A stretch of 62,957 nt of DNA, filler included, from Octopus bimaculoides (taxonomy: Eukaryota), in the NCBI RefSeq assembly GCF_001194135.2. It is 4 parts of 3 records of this genome, joined end to end, with 100 filler letters (N's around TTAATTAATTAA, not from the genome) between each part and the next. Parts side by side here need not be neighbours in the genome. Positions count along the whole stretch, not along the records: positions 1 to 5,041 come from NC_068996.1; positions 5,142 to 29,403 come from NC_069004.1; 2 more parts are not named here. One strand, written 5' to 3'. A model generated the notes under the pieces. That model saw nothing but the letters and a program-made list of their open reading frames with translations. It ran no database searches and was not told the origin of the DNA. Below, piece after piece: positions 1 through 12,300 of this stretch. The translations under genes and the position numbers were made by a program. Each line of letters opens with the position of its first letter. The first letter of the stretch is position 1.

Positions 1-65
1 TAGGAGTTCTACCGGGCCAATCTCCTTCAGCCATTTGTCTATATTTTGGCTTATTATTATTATTA

Positions 66-462
66 TAGACGTCGCACATTATACAATATTATGAGGTTGT
101 TGATTGAAGATATTGTGTCTACCAGGGGTTTGTACTGTTTGTCAAGTCACAACAAGGACCTCAGACAGACAGTACTTTATGCAATATGCATGCAGTTCCA
201 AGTAATGCCGACTTTGCAATACACCTAGATTGTAGGGTGTTTCTAAAGTTTTCAGATGTTTTTTCAGTTTGGGATGGTATTGAACTCAATGCTCCGATGA
301 CAAAATGGATAGCTTTATGTTTGACCCTAGTAGCTGCCACATCTTAGTGATCTCAATTCTCAGCCTTTTCTCTTTCTTTCATGATGATATGTTGATCTGG
401 CACTGTCAAGTCAAATATTAGGTACTCTTGTTTGTCCCTCCTAAAGGTTACTATATGTGGCC
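66..462 (-). mobile_element. 3' fragment of R4/Dong-like (restriction-like endonuclease) non-LTR retrotransposon
   Basis: Closely matches 2420-2830 (e.g. gatattgtgtcta, gtcacaacaaggacctcaga, tttgtccctcctaaaggttactat). Its 3' end abuts (TTA)n at ~50-66. Confidence 0.8.
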
Positions 463-587
463 TTATTGTTATTATCAATAATATTAATATGCTAACTTTT
501 TGTTTTTGTATGTACCAGATGTGTGTGTCACACTTCAAAGAAGTGGCAAAGCAAAAGAGAGGACAGAGGAAGGAAGGAAGAAAGAGA

Positions 588-800
588 GAGAGAGAGAGTG
601 AAAGAGACAGTGAGTGGTGACAGCATTCATTTTGTGTTTTTAGATGTTTCAGAGAGGACGTAAGAGAGAAAGAAAGAGAGTGAAAGAAATAGTGAGTGGT
701 GACAGCGTCCGGTTTGAATTGGATCAGAGAGAAAGAAAGAGAATGAGAGAGAGTGAAAGAGACTGAGTGGTGATGACGTTTGTTTTGTGTTTTTAAATGT
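588..800. repeat. Three imperfect tandem units built on agagagtgaaaga...gagtggtga
   Basis: The motif recurs near 592, 676 and 748; units 1 and 3 share the downstream tttgtgttttt. Confidence 0.6.
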
Positions 801-1042
801 TTATCACATCACAAGAGAAGTAGATACATAGATACATATACACATTGTTAAATCAAAAGCAGGAGAGAAGAGGGACACAAAGGAAATGAAAGAGAGAGAA
901 AGTGAGAGAAACAGTAGATACTTAAATCCAAAGAAAAGTTCATACATAGATACATAGACACAGCAAATATTGGATGTCAATTTCACTTTTCATTACCACA
1001 CGAGGATAAAATTAACTCACAAATGGCTGAGTACTCCATAGA

Positions 1043-1267
<225 letters not shown>

Positions 1268-1480
1268 TAGGTAGTGAGCTGGCAAAACTATTAGTATGTC
1301 AGACAAAGTGCCTAGTGACATTTTTTTCAGATGTCTACATTCTGAGTTGAAATTCTTCTGTGTTTGACTTTGCCTTTCATTCTTTCAAAGTTGATAAAAT
1401 AAATACCAGTTAAACACTGTGGTTAATGTAATCAACTCCCACTCCAATTAAAATTGCTGGCCTTGTGCCAAAATTTGAAA
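1268..1480 (+). mobile_element. SINE family A (tRNA-derived; head aaggcggcgagctggcag, central gactttgcctttcatcctttcggggtcgataaa..aagtaccag)
   Basis: A-box-like tggcaaaactattag, B-box-like gagttgaaattc and the shared central domain; the same sequence recurs many times in the window. Confidence 0.85.
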
Positions 1481-1506
1481 TCATCATCATCATCATCATC
1501 ATCATT

Positions 1507-1970
1507 AAAAGTGGCAGTGTGGTGGACAAGGCTAAAAGGATGGAAGACAGATGCTTTCCTCTTCAGTCAAGCTCTCATCGACTTTTGCAAGTTCCACTTG
1601 AAAAGGAAAGTGAAGGTGGAGAGGGAAGTACTGCCCCCCCCCCCCCCCAGTAATTTTGTTGTAAGGTGGGTGAATGTGGCAGAAATGGCCTGTGTGAACA
1701 AGCCTACTCTGAACATTTGCTTGTAAGCTGGAGTGGTTGAGAGAGAAAGAGGGGTGCATGCCTGAGGAGCTCTTTATGGTCAGGGTGACCAGGATGCGTA
1801 GGGTGCCTTGGCTGGCCCTGGGTGGATCTCCCCCTATTGGGGAATTTAGTTTTTAGAATTTTCTTATTTTATTGTTTACTTATTTTTGTGATAAACCCCA
1901 CTTGTCCCTTGTTTTGTATTGTCCCTATTTGTTTTTGTGTTCAGCCCTTGGCGTCAATAGAGATAGGACT
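1507..1970 (+). mobile_element. 3' end of Tx1/L1-like LINE (ORF2 C-terminus and 3' UTR)
   Basis: Frame reads LFSQALIDFCKFHLKRKVKVEREVL..NFVVRWVNVAEMACVN, resembling the Tx1-type ORF2 C-terminus; ends in an A/ATT-rich tail. Confidence 0.55.
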
Positions 1971-1987
1971 ATTATTGTTATTATTAG

Positions 1988-2400
1988 AAAGACAGTGGGA
2001 TAACAGAATTGTTAGTACACCAAGCAAAATGCTTAGTGACATTTCATCTGTCTTTATGGTCTGGGTTCAAATGCTGCCAGTAACGGTTTTGTCTTCATCC
2101 TTTCTGGGTTGATAAAATAAGCACTAGTTGAGCACTGAGGTCAATATAATCAACTTAGTCCCTCCCCCTAAATTGATGGCCTTCTGCCAAAACTTTCAAA
2201 CTGGCAAAATTATTAGAACATTGGACAAATTGCTTTGTTGTATTTATTAGGGCTCTTTATGTTCTGAGTTCAAATCCTGCCTTTCATCCCACCCAGGCTA
2301 ATAAAATATAGCACTAGTCTAATGCTGAAGTCAATGGTATTAAGAAATTCTGCTCCCCTCAAAAATTTGCTAGCTTTGTGCTTAAAACAGAAATAATTGT
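1988..2400 (+). mobile_element. Two tandem degenerate family A SINEs
   Basis: Repeated gaattgttag..aaatgcttagtgacattt..gttcaaat..ttcatcc motifs. Confidence 0.75.
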
Positions 2401-2414
2401 TTTATTATTATTTA

Positions 2415-3890
2415 ATTAAGACATCACACAGTATCCAATATCATGATGTTGATTGAAGATATTGTGTCTACTGGGTGTTTGTATGTTTGTCATGTCACAA
2501 CAAGGACCTCAGATGGACAGTACTTTATCCAATATGTATGCAATTCTAAGTAATGCTGATTTTTGCAATACACCTAGATCATAGGGTATTTCTAAAGTTT
2601 CCAGATGTTACTTTATCTTGGGCAGTATTGAACCTAATGCTCCAATGACAATAGGGACAACTTTTATGTTTGACTTTGGTAGCTGCCACATCTTAGCAAT
2701 CTCAATTCTCAGGTCTCCATATTTATCAACCTTCTCTCTTTCTTTCATGATAATATGTTGATCTCTTGGCACTGCCATGTCAATTATTAGGCACTCTTGT
2801 TTGTCCCTCCTAAAGGTTACTATATTGGCCTGCAGTACTCTAACACCGTGTCTGTTTGGAAGTCAAAGTCCCAGAGGATTTTTGCCTTCCCTTTTCCATC
2901 CATTACCTTTTCTGGTGTATGTTGGTACCAAGCACCCATTACCTCATATCCATACTTCCCACATAGTATCCAGTGAAGGTTTTGGGCTACCTTGTCATGT
3001 CTGCCCGTGTACTCTTTCTGTGCAAGTCTTTCACAAGCACTTACAATGTGAGTCAAACTTTCAACCCTCTTCCCACACATTCTGCAGAGGTTCATTGCAC
3101 TTGTGTGGTGTATATACCTTTTCACTGAGTTGGTATTCAGTGCCTGATCCTGGGCTGCAATGATTAGGCTTTCAACCTTCTTTTTAGGTCACTCTTGCTG
3201 AGCCACCTCCATGATGCTTCCTGGTCTTTTAAGTTATTAGTTTCATGGTGGAACTGACCATGTAATTCCTTGTAGAGTAGGGTTTCTTCTCTCTCATTGG
3301 CTGTTTGTGATCAGAATTCATGAGTGCTCTGAAGCCCATTTTGGTAAATCCTTCTACATTAGCAGCATACTCCAGCAGGTCTTGTTTGCTGTTTACCAAA
3401 TATTCTGCCATGTTTCTTCTTTCACTCTTGATACACTCCCGTACTCTAATCAGCCCATGTCCACCTTTCCCCCTCTTCATGTAGAGTCTATATACATTTG
3501 CCTTAGGGTGGAGGGCACTATGCTTGTCATTGTCTTTTGGGTAGTGCAGTTGAGTTGGTTAATCTGCACTTGTGTCCATTTCAGGATGGATACACTATAG
3601 CGGACTACAGCAACAGTCCAAGATATTGTCCAGCTCCAGCGTTCCAAGGTACTTGTACCCATCATCATTCAGGTCTTCCATTCTCTTTCCATTAGGCAAT
3701 TCATGTCATAAGCCTTTTTTAAATCTATCCAGGCTATGCATAAGTTTTTTTGGTACCATTTACTGTTCTTCATTACAACCTTGTCTATCACAAGGTGGTC
3801 CTTGGTGCCCTTGGATCCTTTTTGGCATCACTTTTTGTTCTATGGAATTAGATTGCTTTCTGCAAGGAAATTAAATATTTCCCCTGCATA
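2415..3890 (-). mobile_element. 5'-truncated, internally deleted R4/Dong-like LINE relic
   Basis: Minus-strand frames give KGSKGTKDHLVIDK..IAWIDLKKAYD (RT), RGKGGHGLI, CRMCGKRVESLTHIVSAC..RHDKVA (CCHC knuckle) and LWDFDFQTD..RP (restriction-like endonuclease region), with many stops. Most of the RT core is missing. Confidence 0.9.
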
Positions 3891-3912
3891 TTATTATTAT
3901 TAGTAGTATTAT

Positions 3913-4135
3913 TAAGGCAGTGAGCTGGCAGAATTGTTAGCACACCGGGCAAAATGCTTAGCTGTATTTTGTCCATCTTCACATTTCTGAGTTCAAATTC
4001 TGCCAAGGTCGACTTTGCCTTTCATCCTTTCGGAGTTGATAAATTAAGTACCAGTGAAACACTGAGGTCAATGTAATCGACTAGTTCCCTCCCCAAAATT
4101 TCAGGCTTTATGCCTATAGTAGAAAGGATTATTTT
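3913..4135 (+). mobile_element. SINE family A
   Basis: aaggcagtgagctggcagaattgttagc...gtcgactttgcctttcatcctttcgg...aagtaccag. Confidence 0.9.
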
Positions 4136-4139
4136 TATT

Positions 4140-4663
4140 GTGAGAGCAGTGCATGCCATCAAAGTGACACTGGGATAAAATATATGAAGCCTAGTATACC
4201 CATCCTGACTACCCATCTGATAAGGGTACACAACCATATGTATGCAGCATGGTGATCGCATATCAAGATAAACAGCACATGACCTTGCATGTGGGGCCCA
4301 GTTAGAATTTTCTTCCGGTCGAGTAGCCCATCCCACTCAAATGGTCCTTGAATAAGGTTTGTTTAAGGATGCTGAATGAAACACCCATGTTTCCAGAGGT
4401 GAATTATCCAAACCCCAGAGAATTCCTCTCAACACTCCCCCACTACTTCTGCTCATGATCAGAGGTGCACATATCGTCAGCCACTAAGGGACATGCTCAA
4501 CTGGTTATGGTCAAACAACTGACAAGCAAATCTACAGTATTGAGCAGAATATTTGCTGTAGCCCTTCTTTTAAACCAAGACAAAACAATGTACATGATAA
4601 CATTTCCAATCATTTAAGATCAGAAGCCATGAGAGCCACTGCCTGGTACTGCATCCGGGCATT
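4140..4663. repeat. Unclassified ~520-bp interspersed repeat, copy 1
   Basis: Colinear with 56629-57145, 60875-61360 and 61597-62135 (tgagagcagtgcatgccatcaaagtgacactggg ... gatcagaagccatgagagccactgcctgg). Confidence 0.9.
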
Positions 4664-5041
4664 TATTATTATTATTATAATTATTATTTAAAGAAATCAT
4701 TATTTGCACTACTATGTTGTCTAAGACTGTATCATTGTGTCCACCTGTGCCACATTCTTTAAATGCTAGATATTTCCAGGCATTCCTTTGGGTGTAAAAT
4801 AGGTTTGCTTGGAAGAAACAATGTTTAGCTTTTTGTTTTTCTTTTTTTTATTTTGTTTTCCCTGGTAGAACAGGCTGATAATGTGAATGGGGTGTCAGCC
4901 ATTTAATTTAGTAGGCAATTAAACAAAATATCCTTAAATGCAGTATATGTCTTTGTGTGTGTGTGTGTGAGACTATAAAGTGTATACAGCTTCTGTCTGT
5001 CTCTGTCTTTTTCTCTCATCTCTCTCTCTCTCTCTCTCTCT

Positions 5042-5141
5042 NNNNNNNNNNNNNNNNNNNNNNNNNNNNNNNNNNNNNNNNNNNNTTAATTAATTAANNN
5101 NNNNNNNNNNNNNNNNNNNNNNNNNNNNNNNNNNNNNNNNN
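5042..5141. other. Artificial scaffold join N44-TTAATTAATTAA-N44
   Basis: 100-bp pattern repeated exactly at 29404-29503 and 52084-52183; the 12-mer is palindromic with stops in all six frames. Confidence 0.9.
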
Positions 5142-5174
<33 letters not shown>

Positions 5175-5182
5175 CACACATA

Positions 5183-5349
5183 TATACGACAGGCTTCTTT
5201 CAGTTTCCGTCTACCAAGTCCACTCACAAGGCTTTGGTCGGCCTGAGGCAACAGCAGAAGACACTTGCTCAAGGTGCCAGGCAATGAGACTGAACCCAGG
5301 ACCATGTGGTTGGTAAGCAAGCTGGTTACCACACAGCCACACCTGCACC
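5183..5349 (-). mobile_element. SINE family B (CORE-type, octopus OR-like), 5' half
   Basis: Reverse complement of ggctgtgtggtaa..gcttgcttaccaaccacatggt..ggttcagtc..caccttgagcaagtgtcttc. Confidence 0.85.
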
Positions 5350-5386
5350 TATATATATATATTTCCACAATTTTTTTCTACAATTA

Positions 5387-5731
5387 GGCTGTTTGGTAAG
5401 AAGCTTGCTTCCCAGCCACATGGTTCTGGGTTCAGTCCCTCTGCATGGCACCTTTGGCAAGTGTCTTCTATTATAGTCTCGGGCCGACCAAAGCCTTGTG
5501 AGTGGATTTGGTAGACAGAAACTGAAAAAGCCCGTCGTCTGTCCCCTCACTGTCACTTGACAACCGATGTTGGTGTGTTTACGTCCACATAACCTAGCGG
5601 TTTGGCAAAAGAGACCGATAAAATAAGTACTAGGCTTACGAAGATTAAGTCCTGGAGTTGATTTTTTCGACTAAAGGCAGTGCTCCAGCATGACCGCAGT
5701 CAAATGACTGGACAAATAAAAAAAATAAAAG
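5387..5731 (+). mobile_element. SINE family B, near full length
   Basis: tRNA-like head, CORE-like cacctttggcaagtgtcttcta, tail gtgctccagcatgaccgcagtcaaatgactg. Confidence 0.9.
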
Positions 5732-5774
5732 AATTCCTAATATTTATTTGGTGCCTTGCCCACCACAACAGAAT

Positions 5775-6000
5775 TGAAATCTGAAAACCAAAGTGCTACA
5801 CAAAAGGCATTGGTGTGGGTGCCACATAAAAAGCACCCAGTACGCTCTGTAAAGTGGTTGGTGTTAGGAAGGACATCCAGCTTTAGAAACCAACCCCAAA
5901 CAGACAACGAAACCTGGTGTGGTCCCTCACCTTGTCAGCCCCTATAAAGCAGTCCGACCCTTGCCAGCATGCAGAATGGACATGAAATATTGATGAATGT
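5775..6000 (+). mobile_element. SINE family D, 3' part
   Basis: aaaagcaccca..gtggttggtgttaggaaggacatccagc, shared with 8220-8400. Confidence 0.7.
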
Positions 6001-6419
6001 TAATAATAGTAGGAATTTTTTTTTTTATATACATCAAATAACTATGCAGGTCCAGTAGATTAAAATAAGAATTAAAGGGGTTTGTAGGTAGAAAATGGTT
6101 GGGAACCAAAGCCCTACGTAAACAGACCTATCTATAATCAGACCTTCTGCCCACGACCATCCTGTCTTTCCTTCAGGTTTGGTGTATTCGGGGCCACATC
6201 GTTCAATACATCACTTCTTTTTTTCCAAGGACAGTTGGCTGTGATTTGAGGGAAAGTTGACTACCATTTCCAGCAGCTCTAATGGCCACTGGGTGTGTAA
6301 GTGTGGAAATGTTATTCTTATCTGAGAGCTTTTAATCCAAGCAAGGCCATCCCTACTCCATAAATGTCTTTTTCGCTTTTCTTCTCCAAAGTAAAGGAAA
6401 ATAACTATCTGGGTGATAG

Positions 6420-6690
6420 GTGCTGGCATAGCTACGTGGTAAGAAGCTTGCTTCCAAACCACCTGGTTCTGGGTTCAGTCCCATTGTGTGGTACCTGAGA
6501 CAAATGTCACTGCTTAACAACTGGTGTTGGTGTGTTTATGTCCCTGCAATGTAGCAGTTCAGCAAAAGAGACTGACAGAAGTAGTACCAGGCTAAGAGAA
6601 AAACAAAAAAAGTACTGAGGATGAGTCTTCACGGCTGTGCCCCAGCATGGCCAAAGTCAAATGGCTGAAACCAGTAAAAAAGAGAGAAAA
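6420..6690 (+). mobile_element. SINE family B, internally deleted
   Basis: Head gctacgtggtaagaagcttgcttcc and tail ccagcatggccaaagtcaaatggctgaaac. Confidence 0.8.
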
Positions 6691-7004
6691 GTAAAGTGAA
6701 ATAACAATATCTGGGAGAGAGAGAGAGAGAGAGAGAGAGAGNNNNNNNNNNNNNNNNNNNNNNNNNNNNNNNNNNNNNNNNNNNNNNNNNNNNNNNNNNN
6801 NNNNNNNNNNNNNNNNNNNNNNNNNNNNNNNNNNNNNNNNNNNNNNNNNNNNNNNNNNNNNNNNNNNNNNNNNNNNNNNNNNNNNNNNNNNNNNNNNNNN
6901 NNNNNNNNNNNNNNNNNNNNNNNNNNNNNNNNNNNNNNNNNNNNNNNNNNNNNNNNNNNNNCCTCCCTTCAAATGCCAACCACAATCTCTCTCTTACTCC
7001 CTGT

Positions 7005-7309
7005 CACACACACACACACACACACATGCATTAATACAAATGCATATGTGCATATTTAACACAGGCTTCAGTACACACACTCGTACATACACACACATAC
7101 ATGCACACACACATGTACACACTCGTACACACACACACACTTACACACTCGTACACACACACACTTACACACTCGTACACACACACACGTACACACTCGT
7201 ACACACACATGTACACACTCGCACACGTACACACTCGTACACGTACACGCAAACTCGTACACGTACATGCACACTCGTACACACATGCACACTCGTACAC
7301 ACACACACA

Positions 7310-7341
<32 letters not shown>

Positions 7342-7442
7342 AGCACACTCGTACACATACACACACTCGTACACACGTGTATGCACAAATGCATATGTGC
7401 ATATTTAACACATGCTTTAATACACACACACACACACACACA
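7005..7442. repeat. (CA)n-derived minisatellite with ACTCGTAC units, flanked by a direct repeat
   Basis: acaaatgcatatgtgcatatttaacaca occurs at ~7036 and ~7385. Confidence 0.85.
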
Positions 7443-7952
7443 GAGGAAGTCCTTGAAACATGAGAATCTTCTGGCATGAAGAGTTAATACTCTTACCTTT
7501 TCCAAGAATTTCATTTATGCTAGAAACCTTCCTGTTGGTACACACTCACTCACATACGCACACATCCTCTCTCTCTCACTCTTCTGTGTTTGTGTGTGGC
7601 ATAGAAATATGGTTTTATGCTGACTTGATTATGACGATGATAGTGATAATATTTTTTTTTCATTCTAGATTGTTTCTGGCAATGTTTGGAATGGTGGTGG
7701 TGGTGGTGGTACCAAGTCTTGGTAAATGAGAAATTTTGTGGGAATGGAATGAAAACTGTAAACAACTTTGTCACTCACTAGATCTGTTGTTGTTGAGTTC
7801 CAAGTAGAACTCGATCCACCTGGCACTTATGAACAAAGACAATCAAACCATGACCATTCCATTTTTTTCTTCTCAGAAATAACTTATTCTAAACTACATC
7901 AGCCAAACTCTCTCGTTTTTGGGCTTTTTTTTAAAGGTCTGATGTGATTTGC

Positions 7953-8405
7953 AGGCATGGCTGAGTGGTAAGAAGTTTGCTTCATAAACACACAATTCCA
8001 GGTTCAGTCCTGTTGCTGGTCCAGGGAGGTGACTGTCTGCGAGGGAAATATAATACACACATCGCCAGTACCGCCTGACTGGCCTTCGTAGGATTTTCGA
8101 GTGAGATCGTTGCCAGTGCCCCTGGACTGGCTCTTGTGCGGGTGGCACATAAAATACACCATTTTGAGCGTGGCCATTGCCAGTACCGCCTGACTGGCCT
8201 TCGTGCGGGTGACACGTAAAAGCACCCACTACACTCTCAGAGTGGTTGGCGTTAGGAAGGGCATCCAGCTGTAGAAACTCTGCCAAATCAGATTGGAGCC
8301 TGGTGTTGCCATCCGGTTTCACCAGTCTTCAGTCAAATCGTCCAACCCATGCTAGCATGGAAAGCCGACGTTAAACGACGATGACGATGATGATGATGAT
8401 GATGA
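7953..8405 (+). mobile_element. SINE family D (family-B-like head, (GAT)n tail)
   Basis: Head gcaggcatggctgagtggtaagaag; internal duplication of gccagtaccgcctgactggccttcgt (~8065 and ~8179); ends gttaaacgacgatgacgatgatgatg. Confidence 0.85.
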
Positions 8406-8694
8406 CATCGATGATGTAGATGCCATCCAGACTTCTTTCAGCAATTTGTTGATCCACCCCAGAAATTAGTTGCAAGCCGAGTGAAAAGTATGTACCAGGC
8501 CGAAGATCTGATAAATAGTGACCTGCTAATGGTAACTGTGTGAATCCTGGTTCATAGCTTAGGCTGTTGGTGTCTCAAGTGACAACACAGTTGAGACCCC
8601 TTAGTAAATGGAGGTCGGTGTGAAAAGGATGAAATACAAGACCTGTCAAAAGGCAAACTCCAAATAACCAATAACCATCCAAATGGGTGGGGGT

Positions 8695-9000
8695 GGGGCT
8701 AGTGGTTAGGGTGTTGCACTGACAATTGCAAGATTGTAGTTTCAATTTCTGGACAGGGCATTAGTTGGTGTTCTTGAGCAAGACTCTTCATTATATGTTG
8801 CTTCAATGCACTTTGTGAACGAGTGACTCTGTGTCCTGTTTGGGGAGAATGTTATGATCTTTGTCAATTGCCACGGAAACTGGGTAACCAGCCCTATGTG
8901 GGGGTGCATGGCTTAGTGGTTAGTGTGTTGGACTTACGATCGTAAAATTATGGTTGTGATTCCTAGACAAGGCAACACATTGCCTTCTTGAGCAAGACAC
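8695..9000 (+). mobile_element. Two degenerate 5' halves of SINE family C
   Basis: tagtggttagggtgttg...cttgagcaagac twice; matches the reverse complement of 25063-25376. Confidence 0.65.
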
Positions 9001-10164
9001 ACACACATTTTATATGTTATAATTTAGAACAAACAGTAAAAAGTTGTTGTTATAGTACTTGGAGTTTCGAATGCCTTTTCTACATATTGAGCAGGGCCGT
9101 CTACCTGAAGGGATTTGTGATTTGTTCAAGGTTCCATTGTATTATTTTAAAATCTATTCTTTTTTGCCATCCCCACCCCCCTCTCCGGTACCAATTGATC
9201 CACAGCCTGGTGATTGGTGACACCTGATCTAGAACATTCCCGCTACAACAGAAAAGACTTGAAAGAATAAGGCAATTAACTAAACAAAATTGGTTTCTAC
9301 ACAGAAATGTAGTTGGTTGTGAACAATATAAATAAAAGTACAATTCTGTCTCTCTTTACATAGTTTTTTTTTGTATCTGGTTTCACTTTGCCATCGTGTT
9401 TGATTTATTTTGCATGGTTTCTTTCACAAATACAAAAACGCTTCTTTGTATTGTTGGTTTTTTTTTGTTTTTTTTTTCCTGTTTCGGTCTTTGAGTTTGG
9501 TTTTTCTTTTCGTTCCATTTGTTGACAGTGAGCTTAGATTGCATTCCAGACTGACACTTAAGGTAGAATATTTTTTTTTTTCTGTTCATATATTTTAACA
9601 AAATATTTTCAGGATAGAATAATAGTGTCAAATATTACAGAAGTTAATTTCTCTGGAATTGAAGATTAATTTATTAAATCGACTTCCAAAATGGAGAGGG
9701 TTTAACAAAACTACAAAACAGTTTGGTATAAATGGAATAATTGTCAGAACAAGTAAAAGAAATGAAGACAAAAATCCATGCAGGGGTAATTGTTGGATCT
9801 TCAGTAACACAAGCATCATGCATTGTAACATTCTGGAAATGATGGAAAAAGCTCTGTTTTTGGGCAGAAGGTAAAACCAAATATTACAATAGTGTGGCCG
9901 GAATACATAGAAGTGGGAAACCCAGGAAGTCATGGGATGAAGTACTGAAGAATGACCTCAGGAAGCTGAGTGCTTATATGCACCAAAAAGTCCAATTCAG
10001 AGGTTCTCTTGTGGCAAATAATGCAGTATTTTGTGTTCTAACACAACATCCATTTTTAAGTAGGAGATAAATCTTATCTTTCAGTATTGACACTGCTTCT
10101 GTCACCGTTAATTTTATATGTACACACACACACACAATTTATCATCCTCATTTCTATAGATATT

Positions 10165-10630
10165 TATCATCATCATTTAATGTCTGTTTTCCATGCTGGC
10201 ATGGGTTGGATGGATGGATGGTTTGACTGAAAACTGGTAAGCTGGGGAGCTGCATTAGGTTCCAATCTGATTTGGCAGGGTTTCTATGGCTGGATGCCCT
10301 TCTTAACACCAACCACTCCGAGAGTGTAGTGGATGCTTTTTACGTGTCACCGGCATGGGTGCCAGTTATGTAACGTTGGTATCAGCCAGGATTACGATCT
10401 CACGTGGCTTGACTGGTTCTTCCCAAGTATGATGTATTGCCAAAGGTATTGAGCACCTATTGCCTCTGTGAGGCCCAATGTCCGAAGGGTGTTTTTTAGG
10501 TGCCACTGGTATGGGTACCAATTACACATGACACCAGCATCGGCTATGACTACGGTTTCATTTGGTTTGATGGGTCTTCTCAAGCTTGGCATATTGCCCA
10601 ATGCCCGAAGAGTGCTTTTTACATACATTG
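10165..10630 (-). mobile_element. SINE family D
   Basis: catcatcatttaatgtctgttttccatgctggcatgggttgga...ggctggatgcccttc..ccaaccactccgagagtgtagtgg. Confidence 0.8.
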
Positions 10631-11533
10631 TTTCTTTTGTTTATTAATATGACAAAACCCCATATCTTGCTCACTTTACATGATTTCAGTTTCCATGGTA
10701 ACTAATGGAACCAATCTCCTGCGTCAACCAAAAGACAATTGCATATAAAATGTTGATGGAGGTGGAGGTGGGAGGCTTATTTTAATTCTTCCATTGATTG
10801 ACTAATTTTTTCCTTTTTTTTTTTTTTTTTTTNNNNNNNNNNNNNNNNNNNNNNNNNNNNNNNNNNNNNNNNNNNNNNNNNNNNNNNNNNNNNNNNNNNN
10901 NNNNNNNNNNNNNNNNNNNNNNNNNNNNNNNNNNNNNNNNNNNNNNNNNNNNNNNNNNNNNNNNNNNNNNNNNNNNNNNNNNNNNNNNNNNNNNNNNNNN
11001 NNNNNNNNNNNNNNNNNNNNNNNNNNNNNNNNNNNNNNNNNNNNNNNNNNNNNNNNNNNNNNNNNNNNNNNNNNNNNNNNNNNNNNNNNNNNNNNNNNNN
11101 NNNNNNNNNNNNNNNNNNNNNNNNNNNNNNNNNNNNNNNNNNNNNNNNNNNNNNNNNNNNNNNNNNNNNNNNNNNNNNNNNNNNNNNNNNNNNNNNNNNN
11201 NNNNNNNNNNNNNNNNNNNNNNNNNNNNNNNNNNNNNNNNNNNNNNNNNNNNNNNNNNNNNNNNNNNNNNNNNNNNNNNNNNNNNNNNNNNNNNNNAAAT
11301 GGTACTTATTTTATCAACCCTTGAAAGGATGAAAGGCAAAACTCCATAAGGCCTTCTTCGAACTCAGAACCTGATGCCAGAAGAAACATCTCTGACAATT
11401 TTGGCAGCTCACCATTTTATCAAAGACAATATTGAAAGATGGTTGTCATCCATTCTCTCTCTCTTTTTTCTCCTTTTTTGACAAAATTAGTGAGAAAAAA
11501 TTGTTGAACATCACCATTATTTTCTGTCTCCTC

Positions 11534-11809
11534 CAGGGCTGTGGAGTCTCGTAGCCATGGAGTCGGAGTTGGAAACAATTAAGGGGTAGCTGCTGAGTCA
11601 GTCAGTAAAACTATACTGACTCCGACTCCCAATGTCTGTATTCTTTAATATAAACCAGTTCTAACCTAGGGGCCTACTCAAAGTACAAGCGTATGCTTTA
11701 TGAGATATGTAGACCACAATCACTTAATTACATAAAGAGGAGTCAAGAGTCGGAGGTGCCAGTAGTAGAGGAGTTGGAGTCAGTTTTTTGACTCGGCTTC
11801 ACAACCTTG
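11534..11809. mobile_element. hAT-type MITE with GGAGTC/GACTCC subterminal repeats
   Basis: Termini cagggctgtggagtc / gactcggcttcacaaccttg; flanks gtctcctc (11526-11533) and gtctactc (11810-11817) form a 7/8-matching TSD. Confidence 0.8.
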
Positions 11810-11934
11810 GTCTACTCAACATTTTGACATTAATTTATCTTTTTTTCTGTTCTTGTCACCCGATATCACACAAAACAGCTGAAAAAGCTGTTAGTCTCAT
11901 CAGTCTCTCTCTGTTGTGTATGTTTGTCATGTAC

Positions 11935-12037
11935 TCTTGGCATAGTTCCACGATTAGATGCCCATCCTGGGGTCGATTTGTTCGACTAAAGGTGGTGCTC
12001 CAGCATGGCCGCAGTCAGATGACTGAAACAAATAAAA

Positions 12038-12081
<44 letters not shown>

Positions 12082-12300
12082 GTGTGTGTGTGTGTGTGTG
12101 TGTTTTTCTCTGCAGCAACACTTGGCAGCCAGTTTTGGTGTACTTACATCCCTGTAACTTAGTGGCTCAGTAAAAGAGAATTATAGAATTAGCACCAATC
12201 TTTAAAAAAAAGTCCTGGGGGCCAGTTCACTTGACTAAAAGTTCTTCTCGGTGGTGCCCCAGCAAGGCTCCAGTCTAATATCTAAAACAAGTAAAGGATA
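11935..12300 (+). mobile_element. Two family B SINE 3' fragments
   Basis: ctggggtcgatttgttcgactaaaggtggtgctccagcatggccgcagtc, followed by a second degenerate tail. Confidence 0.75.

Noticed and set aside
7031-7514. HT/CV/YI-rich and poly-N/I/L/K ORFs here and at 26971-27564, 38841-39392, 49119-49669 and elsewhere
   Set aside because: They are translations of (CA)n, (TA)n and trinucleotide repeats, open in several frames on both strands.
9659-9970. ORFs 9659-9874, 9628-9933 and 9674-9880 as a gene
   Set aside because: No recognisable domain. The right end (GKPRKSWDEVLKNDL) is an RTE 3' relic.
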